From NCBI GenBank assembly GCA_027364655.1, contig DAHXOX010000071.1:4938-68937 (forward strand): 64,000 bases of DNA, in the 5' to 3' direction. The notes under the pieces were generated by a model that saw nothing but the letters and a program-made list of their open reading frames with translations, searched no databases and had not been told where the DNA came from. How positions within the stretch are numbered: the first letter of the stretch is position 1; each line of letters starts with the position of its first letter. The stretch comes from Paludibacter sp. (GTDB lineage: Bacteria; Bacteroidota; Bacteroidia; Bacteroidales; Paludibacteraceae). The position numbers and the translations under genes are program-made. Positions 43,813 through 50,991 of this stretch are shown here, one piece after another.

Positions 43813-45366
43813 TTACAATGGCAAATTTCCATGTTTCTTTGAAGGATTAACCACCTTTTTGGTAGCTAATTGCTGCAATGCTCTGATCACACGGAAACGG
43901 GTATTTCGCGGCTCAATAACATCATCAATGTAACCATACCGTGCAGCGCTGTACGGATTTGAAAACGCATCACGATACTCTTGTTCTTTTTTTGCAACAA
44001 AAGCTGCCGGGTCTTCTGTGGTTGCAGCTTCTTTAGCATAAAGCACTTCAATAGCCCCTGAAGCGCCCATTACCGCAATTTCGGCAGTTGGCCAAGCATA
44101 ATTCATATCACTGCGAAGATGTTTGGAACTCATCACAATGTAAGCACCTCCATAAGCCTTGCGCAACGTAACAGTGACTTTTGGAACCGTCGCCTCACCA
44201 TAAGCATAAAGCAATTTAGCACCATGCAAAATTACACCGTTATACTCTTGTCCGGTACCCGGCAAGAATCCTGGGACATCCACCAATGTAACCAATGGAA
44301 TATTGAAAGCATCGCAAAAACGAACAAAACGAGCCGCTTTACGCGAAGCATTCGAGTCAAGCACACCGGCAAGCACTCTAGGTTGGTTTGCAACAATTCC
44401 AACAGACATTCCATTGAAACGAGCAAAACCAACAATCATATTTTGTGCATAATCGCGATGTACTTCGAGAAACTCCCCATTGTCGATAATGCTACCAATG
44501 ACTTCGTACATGTCGTATGGTTTGTTAGGATTATCAGGAATCACCTCATTCAAGGCATCGTCCATCCGGTCAATCGGGTCTTCACATGGTTTTAACGGAG
44601 CCTCTTCTAGATTATTTTGAGGAATGAAACTAAGCAAATGACGAATTAAAGCTACGCCATCTTCTTCAGCATCGACAGCAAAATGAGCTACGCCTGATTT
44701 GGAAGCATGTACACTCGCTCCACCAAGTTGTTCTTGCGAAACATCTTCTCCGGTTACGGTTTTTACCACTTTTGGGCCGGTCAAAAACATATAACTGGAA
44801 CCTTTAGCCATAATCGTAAAGTCAGTCAATGCAGGAGAATAAACAGCGCCACCGGCTGAAGGACCAAAAATAGCCGAAATCTGAGGCACTACCCCCGAAG
44901 CCATAATATTGCGTTGGAAGATTTCGCCATAGCCGGCTAATGCATTGATACCTTCCTGAATACGAGCACCACCCGAATCATTAACACCAATTACCGGAGC
45001 GCCCATCTTCATGGCTTGATCCATTACCTTGCATATCTTCAATGCCATGGTTTCAGAGAGCGAACCTCCAAAAACAGTGAAATCCTGAGCAAAAATATAG
45101 ACTAAACGGCCTTCAATGGTTCCACAACCAGTAACCACACCATCGCCAAGATAACTCTCTTTCTCCATGCCGAAATTGGTGCAACGGTGCTGGAGAAACA
45201 TATCAAACTCTTCGAAACTACCCTCGTCAAGCAACATGGCGATGCGTTCGCGTGCCGTGTACTTTCCCTTTTTATGCTGTGAATCAATTCGTTTTTGACC
45301 GCCACCTAAGCGTGCCTTAGCACGCAAATCAATGAGTTCTTGTACTTTATTGAGTTGATTGCTCAT
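43813..45366 (-). CDS. mmdA: Acyl-CoA carboxyltransferase (methylmalonyl-CoA decarboxylase alpha / transcarboxylase 12S / PccB family)
   Basis: [22 protein letters not shown] and KKHGNLPL motifs. Confidence 0.93.
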   Translation of the reverse strand: MSNQLNKVQELIDLRAKARLGGGQKRIDSQHKKGKYTARERIAMLLDEGSFEEFDMFLQHRCTNFGMEKESYLGDGVVTGCGTIEGRLVYIFAQDFTVFGGSLSETMALKICKVMDQAMKMGAPVIGVNDSGGARIQEGINALAGYGEIFQRNIMASGVVPQISAIFGPSAGGAVYSPALTDFTIMAKGSSYMFLTGPKVVKTVTGEDVSQEQLGGASVHASKSGVAHFAVDAEEDGVALIRHLLSFIPQNNLEEAPLKPCEDPIDRMDDALNEVIPDNPNKPYDMYEVIGSIIDNGEFLEVHRDYAQNMIVGFARFNGMSVGIVANQPRVLAGVLDSNASRKAARFVRFCDAFNIPLVTLVDVPGFLPGTGQEYNGVILHGAKLLYAYGEATVPKVTVTLRKAYGGAYIVMSSKHLRSDMNYAWPTAEIAVMGASGAIEVLYAKEAATTEDPAAFVAKKEQEYRDAFSNPYSAARYGYIDDVIEPRNTRFRVIRALQQLATKKVVNPSKKHGNLPL

Positions 45367-45450
45367 AAGAAATAAATTTTTGATTAGAAATGAGATTCGT
45401 AAAAAAACGAGGGAATACCCTCCGTTATTGTATTTGATGCCGCTATTATC

Positions 45451-45858
45451 TTATTCTGGATGCTCGCAAAGTTCGGTTAAGACGCCAAAAGTAGATTTCG
45501 GATGAAGGAAGGCAATATTCAAACCTTCTGCCCCTTTTCGTGGAGTCTTGTCAATCAATTGCATTCCCTCTTCGGCCAAAAGAGTCAATTGTTCTTGAAG
45601 ACCTTCGACGGCAAAGGCAATATGATGTACGCCTTCGCCTTTTTTCTCAAGGAACTTACCGACAGGGCCTTCTGGATCCGTGGAAGCTAAAAGTTCAATC
45701 TTGGTTTGCCCAATTTTGAAAAAAGCCGTTTTTACTTTTTGATCAGCAACTTCTTCTACAGCATAACATTTGCTGCCTAACAATTTCTCGTAGTACGAAA
45801 TGGCAACGTCAAGATCTTTGACGGCAATGCCAATGTGCTCAATGTGTGATGGATTCAT
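45451..45858 (-). CDS. mce: Methylmalonyl-CoA epimerase
   Basis: HIEHIGIAV, TKIELL, GEGVHHIAF, FLHPKSTFGVLTELCE; VOC fold. Confidence 0.96.
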   Translation of the reverse strand: MNPSHIEHIGIAVKDLDVAISYYEKLLGSKCYAVEEVADQKVKTAFFKIGQTKIELLASTDPEGPVGKFLEKKGEGVHHIAFAVEGLQEQLTLLAEEGMQLIDKTPRKGAEGLNIAFLHPKSTFGVLTELCEHPE

Positions 45859-46316
45859 GTGCAATTTGTTTTTACAACAAGGCCAGATAGAACTCTTCCC
45901 GAAACTTTGAGAATCATTTCATAACTAACCAATTAATTATATTGTATTTACGGAATAATTTCTTTATTCCTCCTTTGCGCACAAAGTTAAGGGAATAATT
46001 ATACACTGCCTAACCGCGAACATAATTTTTTACACACATCCCTGAGAAAATTTGATTGCAAAGATAAGCATTTTTCTATAGAACATTACTATCTCATTTT
46101 CAGTGATTAACAACACATAGCCATTGCCTCCCCGAGCCTTAACACTGTTAAGAAGAACAAAGAAACTTCTTTTTCGAAAGGAAATTCTATCTTTGTCGGT
46201 TCATATCATGCGTTACAAGCCAAATCATAGAATTAAAGCACCTATTCTAAACTTGTTACACTATCTTGATAAAATAAGTATCAATGTTTTTTATCTCATT
46301 TTAACTCAAATTGTTT

Positions 46317-47513
46317 ATGAAAAAAATGACCTTGTTCGTGATGCTGACGTTTGTTGTCAGTGTCACAATGGCTCGCGAAACGAAAAAAAAACCTGTAGAA
46401 GAAGGGTTTGTGTTTACCACCGTGAAAGCAAACCCTATTACTTCTGTCAAAAACCAAGCCAATTCAGGCACTTGCTGGGACTACTCAGGCCTTGGATTTT
46501 TAGAATCAGAATTACTGCGTATGGGCAAACCTGCCTACGATTTATCGGAAATGTTTGTAGTTGATCATGAATATCAACAAAAAGCTGTCAAATATGTGCG
46601 TATGCACGGAAAACTTAATTTTGGCGCCGGTGGCGAGTTTTGGGATGTCTTCGATATCATCAAAAAATATGGTATTGTTCCTGCATCAGTCATGGAAGGG
46701 CTTAACTACGGAGACACCCTCAACAACCATGGAGAATTGGATGCCACCACGTTGGCCTACGTAGACGCTATCGTTGCCGATCCTAACAAGCATTTATCAA
46801 CCGCTTGGTTCAATGGTTTTAAAGGTATCCTGACTGCCTATCTGGGAACCATTCCCGAAACGTTCTCCTACCAAGGGGTTCAATACACGCCAAAATCTTT
46901 TGCGGCATCATTAGGGCTTAACATGGACGACTACGTTTCCATCACTTCGTTTACGCATCACCCTTTTTACAAACCTTTTGCCATCGAAATTGAAGACAAC
47001 TGGCGCTGGGCACAATCATACAACATACCATTGGACAGCTTAATGGCAACCATCGACAACGCTATCAATAACGGATATACGGTAGGCTGGGCTGCCGATG
47101 TAAGCGAAAAGGGATTCACACGTCAGGGCATTGGCGTAGTACCCGATGTAAATCCTAACGTTTGTCCAGCTGGAACTGACGAAGCCAAATGGATCGCAAT
47201 GACACCAAAAGAGCGTGACGAATTAGTTTACAAAGTGACCAAACCTGTTCCCGAAAAAGTGATTACCCAAGAAATGCGTCAAAAAGCGTTTGACAACTAC
47301 GAAACAACCGACGATCATGGCATGCAAATCTTCGGGATTGCCAAAGATCAAAACGGCACAAAATATTACATGGTGAAAAACTCATGGGGCACCGAAAACA
47401 AATACAAAGGTATCTGGTATGTTTCCGAAGCCTACGTCCGTTACAAAACCATTGATATTGCCATTAATAAAGCGGCTATACCTGAACCTATTCGCCAAAA
47501 ACTCGGGTTTTAA
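46317..47513 (+). CDS. pepC: Secreted C1B cysteine aminopeptidase (bleomycin hydrolase/PepC-like)
   Basis: Signal peptide; QANSGTCW, DDHGM and VKNSWG catalytic motifs; TATCTTTG box at 46188-46195. Confidence 0.9.
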   Translation: MKKMTLFVMLTFVVSVTMARETKKKPVEEGFVFTTVKANPITSVKNQANSGTCWDYSGLGFLESELLRMGKPAYDLSEMFVVDHEYQQKAVKYVRMHGKLNFGAGGEFWDVFDIIKKYGIVPASVMEGLNYGDTLNNHGELDATTLAYVDAIVADPNKHLSTAWFNGFKGILTAYLGTIPETFSYQGVQYTPKSFAASLGLNMDDYVSITSFTHHPFYKPFAIEIEDNWRWAQSYNIPLDSLMATIDNAINNGYTVGWAADVSEKGFTRQGIGVVPDVNPNVCPAGTDEAKWIAMTPKERDELVYKVTKPVPEKVITQEMRQKAFDNYETTDDHGMQIFGIAKDQNGTKYYMVKNSWGTENKYKGIWYVSEAYVRYKTIDIAINKAAIPEPIRQKLGF

Positions 47514-47530
47514 TCCTGCCATTCAACAGT

Positions 47531-47565
47531 AGTGAAGCCCTCACGTAACGTGAAGGCTTCACTTT
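47531..47565 (+). terminator. pepC terminator
   Basis: AGTGAAGCC...GGCTTCACT stem followed by TT. Confidence 0.65.
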
Positions 47566-47578
47566 AATAAACACCGCC

Positions 47579-48658
47579 ATGGACAAAACGATTGCCTTCT
47601 TTGTACCAACATTCATTTACTTAGTAATCTTTGCATTAAATGCATTATTACCGGGACGCTGGGTAACGGGTTATGTCACGAAAGTAAATTCGTCAGAAAA
47701 AATGAGATACCACCTCAATGGTATTCTCATCTTCTTCGTCATGGTTATGCTATGGCTTTTATTAGGATGTTATCATATCATATCCTGCGATTGGCTCTAT
47801 CAATATCGTTGGTACGAATTGGCAGGCGCTTTTATTTTTGGCATCATGGTTAGTTTAGTCGTCGTTTTGCCCTACCCGCGTATCAGAAATTCATTTTGGT
47901 CTGATTTCTATTTGGGAAGAATAGAAAACTTACAACTGTTGGGTGGACGTATTGACGCAAAAATGTGGTTGTACTTAGCCGGAGCCATTCTATTAGAGCT
48001 GAATGTACTAAGCTTTGCCGCCCATCACTGGATATTGTATGGAATTCACGCTTCGCCTGGTATTTATCTCACAACCATATTGGTCACCTATTTTCTGATC
48101 GATTATCTGACCTTTGAAGAAGTACACCTCTACACATACGATTTATTCGCCGAACGGGTTGGATTCAAATTAGCATGGGGATGTCTTGTCTTTTATCCCT
48201 ATTTTTATGCAATCTCCCTGTGGTCAACGGTCGATCTACCAAATCCTCATACGACAACCTGGTTATTTGGCATTTATGCCCTTATCTTCTTTTTGGGCTG
48301 GAGCCTATCGCGTGGTGCCAACCTTCAAAAGTATTTCTTTAAAAAGGATCCCGAAAAATCTTTTCTGGGCATTGTGCCCAAAACCATCACCGATGGCAAT
48401 CGAACCTTGTTAGTAAATGGCTTTTGGGGAATTAGCCGGCACGTGAATTATTTAGGAGAGATACTCATGGGCACGGGCATCATCCTTTGCACAGGCTATC
48501 CAATGCTTATCTGGCCTTGGTTATATCCATTATATTATGTGGCGCTCTTATTCCCCCGTCAGAAAGACGATGACGTGCGATGTGAACTGAAATACGGCAC
48601 CTTATGGAACGAATACAAACAAAAAGTGCCTTACCGAATCATTCCTTATATCTATTGA
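47579..48658 (+). CDS. ERG4/ERG24-family (delta14/delta7/delta24 sterol reductase-like) integral membrane reductase
   Basis: Y.LNG near the N-terminus, FYLGR, YDLFAERVGFKLAWGCLVFYP, SRGANLQKYFFK, LLVNGFWGISRHVNYLGE, RQKDDD.RC.LKYG..WNEY...VPYRIIP; these are the hallmark blocks of ERG24/DHCR7/LBR-type reductases. Confidence 0.88.
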   Translation: MDKTIAFFVPTFIYLVIFALNALLPGRWVTGYVTKVNSSEKMRYHLNGILIFFVMVMLWLLLGCYHIISCDWLYQYRWYELAGAFIFGIMVSLVVVLPYPRIRNSFWSDFYLGRIENLQLLGGRIDAKMWLYLAGAILLELNVLSFAAHHWILYGIHASPGIYLTTILVTYFLIDYLTFEEVHLYTYDLFAERVGFKLAWGCLVFYPYFYAISLWSTVDLPNPHTTTWLFGIYALIFFLGWSLSRGANLQKYFFKKDPEKSFLGIVPKTITDGNRTLLVNGFWGISRHVNYLGEILMGTGIILCTGYPMLIWPWLYPLYYVALLFPRQKDDDVRCELKYGTLWNEYKQKVPYRIIPYIY

Positions 48659-48715
48659 TTTCAGCAAAAGAATTGAATATTTTGAAGAAAATTGCCGTCA
48701 TCAGACGTTATGAAC

Positions 48716-49879
48716 TCAATAATTAAAATCTTCCGGTTCGCCGTTTAGCAATCTTCCTTGAAGAATAATTTTTCGCATCATTTGAATAATATTATCTTCA
48801 TCGTAGGCTTTTTTGACTTTTCCCGCGCTTTCTTTAGATGACAAACCCAACTCATTAAACAGTCTATATTCCTCATAAACAACATCCAATGCTTCCGCAA
48901 TTTTAATGTTGTTGTATTTTTTAGCGGCAAATACAATGGCTTCGTTCCAGTTGAGATGCGATGGAAGATATATTTGTCTGTCAGCCGATGACAAAACATC
49001 TATAGCCACTTCAACATCTTCAGGGAAAGGAATTACGCTTTCTTTATTATACTGAACTTCAAACCCTTTAAAGAGTTGAATAAAATATTTATCCGATTCA
49101 AAGTATTTGGCAAATGCAATGAGTTCATCGCCCATTCCGATTAGTAAAGGCCTATGATCTTGGGTTTCAGATGGAGTAGGAAGTACGCCATTATTTTCAT
49201 GAACGAGTCTTAGATAAAAAGTTTCTTTTTGCTCTTTCGAATTGGATAAGTTAAGTAAGACTCCGGTACCCATTCGGCTATCATAAAATTCATACCAGGC
49301 AGGCATATCTGCCATATTTCCATGCTCATCCTTTTGAGTAAGCTCCTCGTAATCCTGCCACGACCCGAACATCGGCTCATCTATCGCTTTATCAAACTCA
49401 TTAGCCGTGAGAAGATATTCTTTCATAAACTCCTTTTCATGTGGCTCAATAGATGGAATAAACGGGCATGAAGTAATATGATTTTCCCAAAAATGAAAAT
49501 CATAACAAATATCAACTTCATCAATCTGTTTTTGACCAGCCCGCCAAAGCAATTGCAGGTTAAACAATTTCTTCTGTAGAATGGCATGTAACGCGTTTTC
49601 CGCTTTTTTATGAAAGATCAATTCATAGTCTTCCTTTTGACGGAGAATCTCATTGTAATATTCATACGATTTGGCTAATTCAACTTTTTTCCGTGCATAG
49701 CTTTCAATAAAATATTCAATATGTCTGCCATTGAATTGCTCAAAATAAGCTTTTGCATTTTCCGAGTTTCGCACATCGGCATAAAATGATTTTTCAAGTT
49801 CTTTGAAAAAAGCATCCTGCTCACCAAATTCTTTGGGCAAGCGACTTTTGTGAAACGTAAAACTTTCGAAATCAATCAT
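48716..49879 (-). CDS. Hypothetical protein (387 aa, acidic, soluble)
   Basis: Long open frame with protein-like composition; contains LQKKLFNLQLLWRA and MPAWYEFYDSRMGTG; no family recognised. Confidence 0.8.
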   Translation of the reverse strand: MIDFESFTFHKSRLPKEFGEQDAFFKELEKSFYADVRNSENAKAYFEQFNGRHIEYFIESYARKKVELAKSYEYYNEILRQKEDYELIFHKKAENALHAILQKKLFNLQLLWRAGQKQIDEVDICYDFHFWENHITSCPFIPSIEPHEKEFMKEYLLTANEFDKAIDEPMFGSWQDYEELTQKDEHGNMADMPAWYEFYDSRMGTGVLLNLSNSKEQKETFYLRLVHENNGVLPTPSETQDHRPLLIGMGDELIAFAKYFESDKYFIQLFKGFEVQYNKESVIPFPEDVEVAIDVLSSADRQIYLPSHLNWNEAIVFAAKKYNNIKIAEALDVVYEEYRLFNELGLSSKESAGKVKKAYDEDNIIQMMRKIILQGRLLNGEPEDFNY

Positions 49880-49938
49880 AGGACAAAACTGAATTACGGT
49901 AATAAAATACCCTGTTGTAGTACCCTTAAAATGCTAAA

Positions 49939-50736
49939 TCATAACCGATACATTTTCTTCGTGTTATCACCCATCAACGTAATCGCCATTTTGCGTGACA
50001 TCATCTTTTGCATAAGAAACGATGCTACACGATTGCCGCTTCCAATGATATAGGAAGGCCGCTTCCCCAATTTCTTGAAACATTCATTAGGTATCTCTTC
50101 CGGCAATTGCACTCTGGGAGCAAAGATACTTATTTTTTCGGGCAGTGTATTTTTGAAGTTGGGTGTAGCCGTAGCGCCTGCACAACAGGCAATGATATCT
50201 ACTCCATTGTTTTTCCACTCATACCATAAACTTTCGGCCAACACACGATTATAGGCTTTTGTTGCAGCATACATCGTAAAAAAACCGCTTCCCTGAAAAC
50301 CTGCCAACGATGCCATCAACACAATCGCGCCTCGTCCTTTGGCCAGCATCTTTCCGCCGAACGTATGAAGGAAATTCAAAGGAGAAAGCATATTCACCTG
50401 AGCCATCTGTTCATGGTACTCTACGGAATTTTCTATAAACGGACCAATATATGACAGCGCAGCATTATAGACCAACAAATTGATTTCCTTCCCATGCAGT
50501 GCTTCTTCTATTTGCTGTGTAGCATTGGCATTTGCCAAATCACAAGGAATACACGTTACCTCAACGTGATACCTGCTTTTCAACTTGTCGACCATTTGTT
50601 GCAACGGTTCAAGACGGCGTGCAATAAGCACCATATCCAATCCTTCAGTCGCCAAATAAGTTGCAAAGGCAGCTCCGATACCTTCCGAAGCTCCCGCCAC
50701 CATCGCTGTCTTACCATATTTCTGTTGTAGATTTAT
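49939..50736 (-). CDS. Short-chain dehydrogenase/reductase (17beta-HSD/3-ketoacyl-CoA reductase-like); start ambiguous
   Basis: AGASEGIG Rossmann motif, IARR (NADP-type), YNAA, catalytic YAATK. The conserved N-terminal INLQQKYGKTAMV lies upstream of the first in-frame ATG (50703). Confidence 0.85.
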   Translation of the reverse strand: MNLQQKYGKTAMVAGASEGIGAAFATYLATEGLDMVLIARRLEPLQQMVDKLKSRYHVEVTCIPCDLANANATQQIEEALHGKEINLLVYNAALSYIGPFIENSVEYHEQMAQVNMLSPLNFLHTFGGKMLAKGRGAIVLMASLAGFQGSGFFTMYAATKAYNRVLAESLWYEWKNNGVDIIACCAGATATPNFKNTLPEKISIFAPRVQLPEEIPNECFKKLGKRPSYIIGSGNRVASFLMQKMMSRKMAITLMGDNTKKMYRL

Positions 50737-50991
50737 TGATTTATCTTTTTGATATGATGACCATTACAATGTGTTGGAGCAATAATCGATCTTAGCATTA
50801 ACACAAAACCTACCCATTTTGAGAATCAAATTGGGCAGGGTTTTTACAAAAAACTCGTTGATGAATGAATGTGTATTATCTCTATGCAGATGCAAATATA
50901 GACATAAAATTCACATAATCGGGTTTCACACGTACATATCGCTTTTTTGCCAACATAAAACGCATTTTCAGTTACATATCAAGGCAAAAAA

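Noticed and set aside
45855-45917. 20-aa uORF (MILKVSGRVLSGLVVKTNCT*) whose TGA overlaps the mce ATG
   Set aside because: The ATGA overlap is suggestive, but the peptide has no notable motif and short ORFs like this arise often by chance. Conservation data would be needed.
46124-46564. 146-aa TTG-start ORF overlapping pepC
   Set aside because: It spans the pepC promoter and its first 250 nt in another frame; composition is not protein-like.
47569-47582. Kozak-like ACCGCCATGG at the sterol reductase start, tempting as a sign of recent eukaryotic transfer
   Set aside because: A single short match is within chance. The gene is intron-free and its codon style looks like its neighbours. Only a phylogeny can address origin.
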